Assembly: GCF_000008565.1 (NCBI RefSeq)
Contig: NC_001263.1
Span: forward strand, 1,529,110-1,561,109
DNA length: 32,000 nt
From: Deinococcus radiodurans R1 = ATCC 13939 = DSM 20539
GTDB lineage: Bacteria > Deinococcota > Deinococci > Deinococcales > Deinococcaceae
Reading direction: 5' to 3'
Shown: positions 1 to 8,928 of the stretch, in pieces
Layout of the letters: every line of letters begins with the position of its first letter
How positions within the stretch are numbered: the stretch's first letter is position 1
Translations under genes and position numbers: made by a program
The notes under the pieces: generated by a model
The model's database searches: none
Seen by the model: the letters and a program-made list of their open reading frames with translations, nothing else
Told to the model about the DNA's origin: nothing

Positions 1-64
1 TCAGGTGTTTCAGGGTCAGGCCGCGTGCGACGTTCCAGCGCACGAGGCGGGTCACGGGGGGCAC
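1..64 (-). CDS. 5' end of an unidentified gene running off the left edge (partial)
   Basis: The reverse complement of 1-64 reads GTG CCC CCC GTG ACC CGC CTC GTG CGC TGG AAC GTC GCA CGC GGC CTG ACC CTG AAA CAC CTG (VPPVTRLVRWNVARGLTLKHL). It has G/C-rich third positions and no stop. The start could be GTG at 64 or at 55. It is too short to identify. Confidence 0.25.
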   Translation of the reverse strand, partial: MPPVTRLVRWNVARGLTLKHL

Positions 65-286
65 CCAAACGGGAATTATAGCAGATGGGGCACGCCGCCG
101 TGAGCCGAGGCCTCGCCCAGGCAAGGGCAGGAAAAAGGCCGTCCTGTGCCCTCCGTCCGCCCCCGCCCACGCCTGCACTCAGCGGGGAACACTGCCCTTT
201 CCGGCCCGCAACGGCTAGACTCCGGTCCCCGCTTCACTGCTGCGTTTTTCCATCCCCGCGTTTCCTCTCTTTTTTCTGGAGTTTTC

Positions 287-1768
287 ATGCCTGCGCCCAT
301 TCTCCGTATCGGTACGCCCCAACACGCCATGCCCTTCAGCCGGGGGCTGGTGGCCGAATCGTTGATGAACGCGGGGGCGACGACCGCGCAGGCGAGTGCG
401 CTGTCCCGGCGCATCGAGCAGGAACTGCGGGCGGGGCGGCGCACCCTGTTCTCACCGCTCGAACTTCAGCGGCTGATGGCCGAGGCCGCGCAGGACACGC
501 TGGGCGAAGAGGTGGCCGGGCAGGTGATACGCCAGACACCCGCCTTCGTGGACATCATGGTGCGGGCCAAGCGCGGCGACTTGCCATTCAGCCGGGGCGT
601 GCTCGCCCGCACCCTGGAAGACGCCGGACTCAGCGGGCGCGAGGCCTACTCGGTGGCAAGCGCGGTGGACCTCGAACTGCGGCAGCGCGGCTTGCAGGAA
701 ATCGGGGTGCGGGAACTCGACCAGATCGCCGAACACACGCTCGCCAAGATTTACGGCGAACACCTGCGGCTCACCTACCGTTACCTGCAACAGAACCGGG
801 GCAAGCTCGGCGTCATCAGCGAGGAGGACGGGATGCCAGCGCCCTTTTCCAAGGGGCTGCTGGTGCAGTCGCTCCTCGCCGCCGGAGTCGCCCCCGATGT
901 GGCCCGCAAGGTGGCGCGGGTGACGCAGCGCGACCTGCGCGGCTCGGATGACCGACTGGTGCGCCGCGCCCAGATTCGCGAGAAGGTGGAGGCCCTGCTG
1001 CGCGACGAGGTGGGCCCGGATGTCAGCGCCCGTTACCGCCTGCTGCGCGTCATTCGCACGCCGCCCCGGCCCCTGATCGTGCTGCTCGGCGGGGTCAGCG
1101 GCACCGGCAAGAGCCTGCTGGCCGCCGAAATCGCCTACCGGCTGGGCATTTCGCGGGTGGCGAGCACCGACTCGATTCGCGAGGTGATGCGGGCGATGGT
1201 CTCCCCCGCGCTGCTGCCCACACTGCACGCGAGCACCTTCAACGCGTGGGAAGCGCTGGTGCCCCCCGGCCAGACGCGCCCAGCGCACCCTACGCGCGAG
1301 GAGCTGCTGGCGGGCTTCCGCGACCAGGTGCAGCAGGTCAGCGTGGGCCTGAGCGCCGTGGTGCGCCGCTCGATTCAGGAAGGGACCAGTCTGGTGCTTG
1401 AGGGCGTGCATCTGGTGCCCGGTTACATCGAACCCGCCGCCTTTCAGGGCGCGCTGCTGGTGCCGATGCTGGTGGGCCTACCCGACGAGGAGGAGCACCG
1501 CCGCCACTTCGAGTCGCGCGACACGGAGACCGCCGCGAGCCGGCCCCTGCACCGTTACATGCGGTACTTCGAGGAAATCCGGACCATGCAGGACGAACTC
1601 AAGCGACTCGCCCGGCAGTACGACGTGCCGATGCTCGACAGTGAGACGCTCGACGAGAGCGCGGACCGGGCGGTTGAGCTGGTGCTGCGGCAGGTGATGG
1701 TGGCGCTCACCCCCGAGGAACGCGAAGCCGCGCTGGGCGAGGAAATGGCGGCGCAACTGCTGAGCTGA
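287..1768 (+). CDS. 2-phosphoglycerate kinase-like P-loop kinase with three tandem ATP-cone-like N-terminal repeats
   Basis: This is the ORF 146..1768 frame. ATG 287 is preceded by GGAG about 7 nt upstream, and ATG 329 is an alternative start. Three ~85-aa repeats each open with PFS(R/K)G at about nt 329, 581 and 839. They are followed by Walker A GGVSGTGKS (about nt 1089-1115) and a kinase-like C-terminal half. Confidence 0.8.
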   Translation: MPAPILRIGTPQHAMPFSRGLVAESLMNAGATTAQASALSRRIEQELRAGRRTLFSPLELQRLMAEAAQDTLGEEVAGQVIRQTPAFVDIMVRAKRGDLPFSRGVLARTLEDAGLSGREAYSVASAVDLELRQRGLQEIGVRELDQIAEHTLAKIYGEHLRLTYRYLQQNRGKLGVISEEDGMPAPFSKGLLVQSLLAAGVAPDVARKVARVTQRDLRGSDDRLVRRAQIREKVEALLRDEVGPDVSARYRLLRVIRTPPRPLIVLLGGVSGTGKSLLAAEIAYRLGISRVASTDSIREVMRAMVSPALLPTLHASTFNAWEALVPPGQTRPAHPTREELLAGFRDQVQQVSVGLSAVVRRSIQEGTSLVLEGVHLVPGYIEPAAFQGALLVPMLVGLPDEEEHRRHFESRDTETAASRPLHRYMRYFEEIRTMQDELKRLARQYDVPMLDSETLDESADRAVELVLRQVMVALTPEEREAALGEEMAAQLLS

Positions 1769-1846
1769 GCGGCCCGGCACCTACCACCTTCCCTGGCCAC
1801 CTCCCCGGCTCTCACCCGCCTTCATCTGCGGCCCGTAGCCTGAATC

Positions 1847-2248
1847 ATGGTCAAACGCACCTTCCGTTCCGCCGCGCTGCTGCTCGCCCTGCTGGTGCCC
1901 GCCTCCGCCGCTGCGGCGCAGGACCCCTGGCCCGCCTCCGAAGTGCTGACGCGGCTCTTTGTCATTCGCCCCAGTGACGGCGCCCGGATGGTGCGTGACC
2001 TGAGCCTGAGCCCCATGCAAGCCGCCGAACTGCGGCGCATGGCGGGCAGCGAACGCAGCTACGGTCAGGCCGGGCGGCAGGTGCTGGGACGCAGCGAAGC
2101 GCAGCACCTCAACGTCAAACTCGCCGAAATGCGCACTGAAAAAGACCGCAAGACTCGGCTGGCCCTCGGCAGCCAGTACCCCGCCTTCCGTGACTGGGTG
2201 CGCGGCTGGTGGGCGGGCGAAGTTCGCCGCAGCGCGAGCCGGCAGTAA
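1847..2248 (+). CDS. hypothetical secreted protein (133 aa)
   Basis: It has an N-terminal signal-like segment MVKRTFRSAALLLALLVPASAAAAQD and codon third positions typical of the genome. TAGCCT lies 5 nt upstream of the ATG. I recognise no family. Confidence 0.55.
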   Translation: MVKRTFRSAALLLALLVPASAAAAQDPWPASEVLTRLFVIRPSDGARMVRDLSLSPMQAAELRRMAGSERSYGQAGRQVLGRSEAQHLNVKLAEMRTEKDRKTRLALGSQYPAFRDWVRGWWAGEVRRSASRQ

Positions 2249-2349
2249 GGCACCTGTCGCCTGGCCCGCGTCCGTTGTCCCTGAAAGCGTTACCGCCTGG
2301 CCCCGGTCCTATCTAGACGCACGGGAACGGGGCAGGAGGTCGAGCGGAG

Positions 2350-2473
2350 TACAGTGACCCCATGAGCGCTGGAAACGTGATTGTACTTCTTAGCCACGGG
2401 GGACACCGAGGCTAAGCAGGTTGTACCGGTTTCAGTCGCACCCCCCGCCCAAACCAAGGAGGCGGGGGGTTTT
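2350..2473 (+). promoter_or_regulatory. candidate ilv leader: -10 box, 17-codon Val/Ile/Leu leader peptide and intrinsic terminator (transcription attenuator)
   Basis: TACAGT (2350-2355) lies 6 nt before ATG 2362. ORF 2362-2415 encodes MSAGNVIVLLSHGGHRG, with five consecutive branched-chain codons GTG ATT GTA CTT CTT at 2377-2391. A terminator hairpin at 2441-2469 plus TTTT sits just before the ilvB SD and start. Confidence 0.5.
2441..2473 (+). terminator. Rho-independent terminator / attenuator hairpin upstream of ilvB
   Basis: A perfect 9-bp G/C stem CCCCCCGCC (2441-2449) / GGCGGGGGG (2461-2469) has an 11-nt loop and is followed by TTTT (2470-2473). Confidence 0.7.
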
Positions 2474-2491
2474 GGTTAGGCAGGAGGAGCT

Positions 2492-4270
2492 GTGGAGCAG
2501 ACAGGCAAGCAGGGGCAGAACCGTGGGGAGATGACCGGCGCCAAAGCGCTGTGGGCGACTCTGGCGGGGCACGGCATCACGACGGTGTTCGGCTATCCCG
2601 GCGGGGCGATCATGCCGGTGTACGACGCGCTGACCTTTTACCCGGAAGTGCGCCACATCCTCGCCCGGCACGAGCAAGGCGCCATTCACGCCGCCGAGGG
2701 CTGGGCCAAAGCGACCGGTGAAATCGGCGTGTGCATGGCGACATCTGGCCCCGGCGCGACCAACCTCGTCACCGGGCTGGCCGACGCGATGCTCGACAGC
2801 GTGCCGCTGCTGGCGATCACCGGCAACGTGGCGCAGCACCTGATGGGCACCGACGCCTTTCAGGAAGCCGATATCACCGGCATCACCATGCCAATCACCA
2901 AGCACAACTACGTGGTGCGCGACGTGGACGAGCTGCCGCGCGTGATCGCCGAGGCCATCCGCATCGCCCGCTCGGGGCGTCCGGGGCCAGTGCTGGTGGA
3001 CATTCCCAAAGACGTGCAGCTCGCGGCCTTCGCGGGCGACATTCCCACCCCGCACACCCGCCCACAGGCGCCCGAGGCCAGTGCCGAGAGCATCGCGTCG
3101 GCCAGAGAACTGCTGAGAAATGCCAAAAAACCCGTGCTGGTCATGGGCGGCGGCTCGCTCGACGCCTCGGCGGAACTCACTGCGCTCGCCCACGCCTGGG
3201 GCCTGCCGGTCATCACCACGCTGATGGGCCTGGGCGCGTACCCGGCGTCCGATCCCCTCTGGCTGGGGATGCCGGGGATGCACGGCTCGGTGGCGGCCAA
3301 CCGCGCCATTTCCGAGTGTGACGTGCTGCTCGCCGTCGGGATGCGCTTCGACGACCGGGTGACGGGCCGGGTCAGCGGATTTGCACCGCACGCGCAGATT
3401 ATTCACGTCGAACTCGACGCCGCCGAGATCGGCAAGATCGTGCGGACCCACCTGCCGATCCGCAGCGACGCGAAAACTGCCGCCCGGCAACTCGCCGAGG
3501 GCGCCGAGAAACTCGAACTCGGCGAGTGGCTTTCCCAGATCGAGGAGTGGAAAGGACGGGCGGTGCCCCCGCAGCAGTGGGGCGCGGCCTACGCGGTGGG
3601 ACAGGTCACGGCCCGGCTGCGGCCTGACGACATTCTCAGCAGCGACGTGGGCCAGCACCAGATGCTCGCCGCGCAGCTCGCCCGCTTCGAAAAGCCCCGG
3701 CGCTGGCTGAACTCCGGCGGGCTGGGCACCATGGGCTTCGGCTTTCCGGCGGCCATCGGCGCGGCGCTCGCCGAACCCGGCGTCGTCAGCATGGTGGTGG
3801 CGGGCGACGGCGGCTTCCAGATGACCGCGCAGGAACTCGCCACGCTGAAGATGTACGACATCCGCAACGTCAAAATCTGCATCATCAACAACTCGTACCT
3901 CGGCATGGTGCGGCAGTGGCAGGAGCTGTTTCACGGCAAGCGCTACTCCGAGGTGTGGCTGGGCGACTCCAACCCCGATTTCGTCAAGCTGGCGGGCGCC
4001 TACGACGTGCCGGCCTACCGCGCGAGCAGCGCCGAGGAACTGCCCGCCGCCATCGACGCCTGGCTGAGCGACCCCAAGTCCTCCCTGCTGGAAGTGGTCG
4101 TACCGCACGAACACGGCGTGTTCCCGATGGTCCCGGCGGGCGCGGCGCTGCACGAGATGATGGAAACCGAGCCGGTCCGCACCGACATCAGCGCGGAGGC
4201 CACCGAGGTCAACGAAGCCACCTGGCAGGAAATGACCGAGCAGGAAGCCGAGGAGATGAATCAGGGATGA
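2492..4270 (+). CDS. ilvB: acetolactate synthase (acetohydroxyacid synthase) large subunit
   Basis: The protein carries GYPGGAIMPVYDAL, the ThDP motif GLGTMGFGFPAAIGA ... GDGGFQMTAQEL ... NN, and full-length similarity to IlvB/IlvG. GTG 2492 lies 4 nt after AGGAGG (2482-2487). ATG 2531 is an alternative start. Confidence 0.95.
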   Translation: MEQTGKQGQNRGEMTGAKALWATLAGHGITTVFGYPGGAIMPVYDALTFYPEVRHILARHEQGAIHAAEGWAKATGEIGVCMATSGPGATNLVTGLADAMLDSVPLLAITGNVAQHLMGTDAFQEADITGITMPITKHNYVVRDVDELPRVIAEAIRIARSGRPGPVLVDIPKDVQLAAFAGDIPTPHTRPQAPEASAESIASARELLRNAKKPVLVMGGGSLDASAELTALAHAWGLPVITTLMGLGAYPASDPLWLGMPGMHGSVAANRAISECDVLLAVGMRFDDRVTGRVSGFAPHAQIIHVELDAAEIGKIVRTHLPIRSDAKTAARQLAEGAEKLELGEWLSQIEEWKGRAVPPQQWGAAYAVGQVTARLRPDDILSSDVGQHQMLAAQLARFEKPRRWLNSGGLGTMGFGFPAAIGAALAEPGVVSMVVAGDGGFQMTAQELATLKMYDIRNVKICIINNSYLGMVRQWQELFHGKRYSEVWLGDSNPDFVKLAGAYDVPAYRASSAEELPAAIDAWLSDPKSSLLEVVVPHEHGVFPMVPAGAALHEMMETEPVRTDISAEATEVNEATWQEMTEQEAEEMNQG

Positions 4271-4886
4271 CCGATTTTGCCGCCCAGTACGACACCCGTG
4301 ACCACCTGCTGAGCATCCTGGTGCTCGACGAACCCCGCGTGCTGACCCGCATCACCGCGCTGTTCGGGCGCCGGGGCTACAACATCAAAAGCCTCTCGGT
4401 GGGCCAGACCGAGCACCCCGGCGTGTCGCGCATGACCATCGTGGTGCACGGCGACCGGGGCGTGGTGCAGCAGGCCATGCACCAGCTCGAAAAGCTGCAC
4501 GACGTGGTCAAGGTCGTGGACCACAGCCTGGAAAAATTCGTGGACCGCGAACTGGTGATGGTCAAAGTCGCCATCACCCCCGAGTCGCGCGTCGAGGTCC
4601 GCCAGATTGCCGAGGACTTCCGCGCCCGCATCGTGGACGTGGGCCGGCACGCCCTGACCTTCGAGGTCACCGGCGACGAGGGCAAAATCACCGCCTTTAT
4701 CGAGCAGATGCGCCCTTCGGGATTCTGGAAACCATGCGGACCGGGCGCATTGCCCTCACGCGCGGCAGCAACGCCGACATCCCGAGCCAGGTGTTCCACG
4801 GCGGCGAAAGCGAAACGCTGCGGCCCATGAATCAGGGCGTGGAAGCGCGGGAAGAGCGGGCACGGCGGGTGCCGAACCTGTTCTGA
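4267..4886 (+). CDS. ilvN: acetolactate synthase small (regulatory) subunit, reading frame interrupted by an apparent 1-nt deletion near 4713-4715
   Basis: ATG 4267 overlaps the ilvB stop (ATGA). The ACT-domain sequence LSILVLDEPRVLTRITALFGRRGYNIKSLSVG... reads in one frame up to about 4715. The conserved C-terminus FGILETMRTGRIALTRG... is only readable in the next frame, from 4716 to TGA 4884-4886. As written, the first frame ends at TGA 4828-4830. Confidence 0.85.
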
Positions 4887-4902
4887 GCTACTTCCCACAC
4901 AG

Positions 4903-5271
4903 ATGATCAAACTTCACCCGAGTCTTCTTCCAAGCCTTTCGTTTTCCCCTGACGAACCTGTTTTGTTGATGAAACTCGAAAGTGACCAAAAGCTGTGCTT
5001 TTTGGCTGTCACAGGGGCTTTTCTGGAGAGTGGAAGGAAGCTTGAGGGAGTGCGTCTCGAAATATCAAATTGGAGAGATCTCCAGATGCATCAGGAGAGC
5101 GGCTCACTTTCAACCCTCTCTGAGGAATTGGCTGACATCTGCGAATTCGATTTACAGGAGGACTCCCTTCGGGTGGCTGGTTTTTACAGGAAAGCTCACG
5201 GTTATCTGGAAATGACTTTCCAAGAGCCGACCATTGAAGTGCTTTACGTCAGCGACTCCCCCCTCGCCTAG
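4903..5271 (+). CDS. orphan hypothetical protein (122 aa) in a low-G+C insert between ilvN and ilvC
   Basis: It is a single clean ORF on the operon strand. The local G+C is far below the surroundings (26/60 at 4921-4980). I recognise no motif. Confidence 0.5.
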   Translation: MIKLHPSLLPSLSFSPDEPVLLMKLESDQKLCFLAVTGAFLESGRKLEGVRLEISNWRDLQMHQESGSLSTLSEELADICEFDLQEDSLRVAGFYRKAHGYLEMTFQEPTIEVLYVSDSPLA

Positions 5272-5314
5272 CCTATTCTTTTCACGCACAAATCAAATCA
5301 AGGAGAATCCCCTC

Positions 5315-6325
<1,011 letters not shown>

Positions 6326-6347
6326 GCGCCTGAGTCTTCCGTGGAAC

Positions 6348-6379
6348 GTCCGCCCTCCGGTGTGGGGGCGGGCTTTTTG
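6348..6379 (+). terminator. Rho-independent terminator after ilvC
   Basis: The stem CCGCCC (6350-6355) / GGGCGG (6366-6371) is followed by GCTTTTT (6372-6378). Confidence 0.6.
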
Positions 6380-6466
6380 GTTGTGAAAGACCCCTCACCC
6401 CTGCCTTCGGCGGGCCCTCTGCTTCGCAGCTCTTCGAGTCTCCCCTTGGTAGAGGGTCAAAAGTGC

Positions 6467-7162
6467 TCAGACCCCCGTCGCCGCCATCGCCCCCAGGAGC
6501 GCCAGCGGCGCTGTTTCCGCCCGCAGGATGCGTGGCCCCAGGGTGATCAGGCGGGCACCCTGGCGGGTCAGATGCTCGACCTCGGCGGTGGAAAGGCCCC
6601 CCTCCGGCCCGCTGAGCACCGTCAGCGGCGCGTCCCAGGTGAGGAGGTCGGTCAGGCGTTCCTGGCTGCCGGGGTGGGCGGTGAGGAGCTGGCCTTCCCA
6701 GGTCAGTTTGGTGAGCGGCACGGGCTCAAGGACATCGGGGACGATGCGGCGCTCGGATTGACGGGCGGCCTCCCCCGCGATACGCCGCAGCCGCACCAGC
6801 TTTTGCGCGCCGATGTCGCGGGCTTCGGCGTGGGCAGTGATGAGCAGTTGAATGCGGGCCGCGCCGAGTTCGGTGGCGGCGCGGACCACATCGGCGAGTT
6901 TGTCGCCCTTGAGCAGCGCGATGGCGAGGGTCACGGGCTGCGGATACTCGGCCCCGCGCGAGTGGGCGGCGGCTGCGGGGTCGAGGTGCAGCAAGGCGTG
7001 CCCCGCGTCGAGTTCGCTCAGCACGGCGACGGCCTCACCGCCGCGTCCGTCGAAGACCTGCACGCGCTCGCCGGGGCGCAGCCGCAGCACGTGCAGGTGC
7101 CGGGTTTCCTGCGGGCCCAGGCGCATCGTGGGGGCGAGTTCCCCCACTTGCAGCCGGTGCAT
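6467..7162 (-). CDS. rsmE: 16S rRNA (uracil1498-N3)-methyltransferase
   Basis: The N-terminus is MHRLQVGEL... and the C-terminal signature is GPRILRAETAPLALL. ATG 7162-7160 overlaps the prmA stop (ATGA). The longer ORF to 7195 is an N-terminal over-extension. Confidence 0.88.
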   Translation of the reverse strand: MHRLQVGELAPTMRLGPQETRHLHVLRLRPGERVQVFDGRGGEAVAVLSELDAGHALLHLDPAAAAHSRGAEYPQPVTLAIALLKGDKLADVVRAATELGAARIQLLITAHAEARDIGAQKLVRLRRIAGEAARQSERRIVPDVLEPVPLTKLTWEGQLLTAHPGSQERLTDLLTWDAPLTVLSGPEGGLSTAEVEHLTRQGARLITLGPRILRAETAPLALLGAMAATGV

Positions 7163-7983
7163 CAGTCCTCCCGGCGGGCCGTGACGAGCGCCCACTCGCC
7201 GCCCGCGCCTTCACTGTCGGTGCGGACCTGCACATCGGTAAAGCCCTCGCGGTCCAGGGCGTCACGCACCAGCGGCAGCTTGCTCGTCAGGATGCCGGTC
7301 AGAATCAGCGGCGCGCCCGGTCTGAGTTGCGCGGCATATTCGCCCGCCAGCAGGTCGTGCAGCTCGGCGTAGAGGTTGGCGACGAGCACGTCGTAAGGCT
7401 CACCAAACATCTCGGCGTCCTCGTCCAGCCCCAGCGTGCCTTCCTCAAAACGGATGCCGGAGGTCAGGCCGTTGTCCCGCGCATTGTCCCGCGCAATCGG
7501 GATGGTGATGGGGTCAATGTCCACGCCCAGCGTCTGTGCCGCCCCCAGCTTGGCCGCCGCCATCGCCAGCACGCCGCTGCCGGTGCCCACGTCGAGCACC
7601 CGCTTGCCGCTCAGGTCGAGTTCGCCGAGCGCTTCCACCGCCATGCGGGTGGTCGCGTGGTGGCCGGTGCCGAACGCCATGCCGGGTTCGATGACGAGCG
7701 CGAGCTGTCCGGCGGGCACTTCCTCCCGTTGCCAGGGCGCCACGATGGTGACGCGGCCCGCGTGAACGGGCCTGAGATTCTTCTTGAACTCGGCCTGCCA
7801 GTCCTGCTCGGCTTCCTCGTGCCACTCGCCGTCCGCCACTTCGGCGGGCAACTCCGTGCGCTCGTCGAAATAGACGCGGATATTCGGGCCGCGCTCCTCC
7901 AGCCCTGTCGCGCCCGCCTCCCAGAGCAGGTCGAGGTGGGCTTCGCGGGTGTCGAAAGAGCCGGGGAGCAGGTAAACGAGCAT
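7162..7983 (-). CDS. prmA: ribosomal protein L11 methyltransferase
   Basis: It shows full-length PrmA similarity and the SAM motif [26 protein letters not shown] (plus-strand 7991-7996) lies 7 nt upstream of the ATG. Confidence 0.92.
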   Translation of the reverse strand: MLVYLLPGSFDTREAHLDLLWEAGATGLEERGPNIRVYFDERTELPAEVADGEWHEEAEQDWQAEFKKNLRPVHAGRVTIVAPWQREEVPAGQLALVIEPGMAFGTGHHATTRMAVEALGELDLSGKRVLDVGTGSGVLAMAAAKLGAAQTLGVDIDPITIPIARDNARDNGLTSGIRFEEGTLGLDEDAEMFGEPYDVLVANLYAELHDLLAGEYAAQLRPGAPLILTGILTSKLPLVRDALDREGFTDVQVRTDSEGAGGEWALVTARRED

Positions 7984-7990
7984 GAGGCGA

Positions 7991-7996
7991 AGTGTA
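7991..7996 (-). promoter_or_regulatory. -10 box (TACACT) for a probably leaderless prmA-rsmE transcript
   Basis: The TAnnnT hexamer lies 7 nt upstream of the prmA ATG, with no SD between them. Confidence 0.4.
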
Positions 7997-8047
7997 GCGG
8001 CCCGCCGCCTGCATACACCTCCCCCCGGCGCACCCGGGCGGCGCCCC

Positions 8048-8053
8048 TATACT
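8048..8053 (+). promoter_or_regulatory. -10 box (TATACT) for a probably leaderless proC transcript
   Basis: TATACT lies 7 nt upstream of ATG 8061, with no SD. Confidence 0.45.
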
Positions 8054-8060
8054 CGCCCCC

Positions 8061-8855
8061 ATGCAACTTGCCATCGTCGGTGTCGGAAAACTGGGCCTGT
8101 CTCTGCTGACCGGGGTCATCGCCCGGGGAGTCATCGCGCCGCAGGACATCGGGATTATCGAGGCCAACGCGGCGCGGGCGCAGGACATCGCCGCGCAGAC
8201 CGGCGTGCAGGTCATTACGCCGCCGCAGCTCGCGCAGGTCGGGCGCATCGTGGTGAGCGTGCAGCCGCGCGTCTTTCCCGAGGTCGCGCCCTGGCTGGCG
8301 CAGGAAAACGCGGGCTACATCTCCACCATGGCCGGGGTCAGCGCCGGCACCATCGGGCGGCGGCTCGGCACCCGGCGCGTGGTACGGGTGATGCCCAACC
8401 TCGCCGCCACCATCGGGCGCTCGCAGACCGCCATCACCGGGCCGCGTGAAGCCCACGAAGCGGGTGACATCGCCTTCGCCGAGCAGCTCTTCGGCGCCGT
8501 CGGGCAGGTGTACGAGTTGCCTGAGCACCTCTTCAACGCCTTTACCGGCATGAGTGCGTCGGGGCCTGCCTACGTCGCCGTCGTGGCCGAGGCGCTGGCA
8601 GACGGCGGCGTGCGGATGGGCTTGCCGCGTCCCCTCGCCAATGAACTCGCCGCGCGGCTGCTGGCGTCCACTGGCGAGCTGCTGCTGGAGCGGGCGCATC
8701 CGGGGCTGCTCAAAGACGAGGTGGCGAGTCCCGGGGGCACTACGATTGCCGGGCTAGAGGAGTTGGAAGCGGCGGGCGTGCGCGGCGGCGTGATGAGGGC
8801 GGTGGTGGCGGCGACGCGGCGGGGGACGGAGCTGGGGAAGGACCAGGAGGATTGA
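8061..8855 (+). CDS. proC: pyrroline-5-carboxylate reductase
   Basis: The N-terminal Rossmann motif is IVGVGKLG and the C-terminal P5CR signature is [10 protein letters not shown]. Confidence 0.92.
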   Translation: MQLAIVGVGKLGLSLLTGVIARGVIAPQDIGIIEANAARAQDIAAQTGVQVITPPQLAQVGRIVVSVQPRVFPEVAPWLAQENAGYISTMAGVSAGTIGRRLGTRRVVRVMPNLAATIGRSQTAITGPREAHEAGDIAFAEQLFGAVGQVYELPEHLFNAFTGMSASGPAYVAVVAEALADGGVRMGLPRPLANELAARLLASTGELLLERAHPGLLKDEVASPGGTTIAGLEELEAAGVRGGVMRAVVAATRRGTELGKDQED

Positions 8856-8873
8856 TACGATTTCAAATTGAGT

Positions 8874-8902
8874 CCCGGACATGTCCGGGCGCAATTTTGC
8901 GC
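8874..8902 (+). terminator. two adjacent palindromes downstream of proC (possible terminator, part of an intergenic repeat)
   Basis: CCCGGACATGTCCGGG (8874-8889) is a perfect 16-nt palindrome. GCGCAATTTTGCGC (8889-8902) is a perfect 14-nt palindrome containing TTTT. Confidence 0.35.
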
Positions 8903-8928
8903 GGAGCACATGGAAAAATACGGTTTTA

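Noticed and set aside
2411-2475. A possible T-box riboswitch upstream of ilvB. AGGTTGTACCGGT (2418-2430) resembles the T-box core GGGTGGTACCGCG and is followed by a terminator.
   Set aside because: The tRNA-acceptor-pairing UGGN is replaced by UUGU. I could not find Stem I features (specifier loop, AG bulge, distal loop) in the about 190 nt available. The leader-peptide explanation fits better.
2432-4153. A 573-aa minus-strand ORF antisense to ilvB. Similar antisense ORFs lie at 452-1411, 5282-6253, 10349-12244, 15041-16558, 23495-25669 and 30793-31548.
   Set aside because: Each overlaps a confidently identified gene on the other strand and encodes low-complexity Arg/Ala/Gly/His-rich sequence.
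6341-7372. A 343-aa plus-strand ORF starting right after ilvC.
   Set aside because: It begins inside the ilvC terminator, runs through an intergenic repeat and then lies antisense to rsmE and prmA. It has no motifs.
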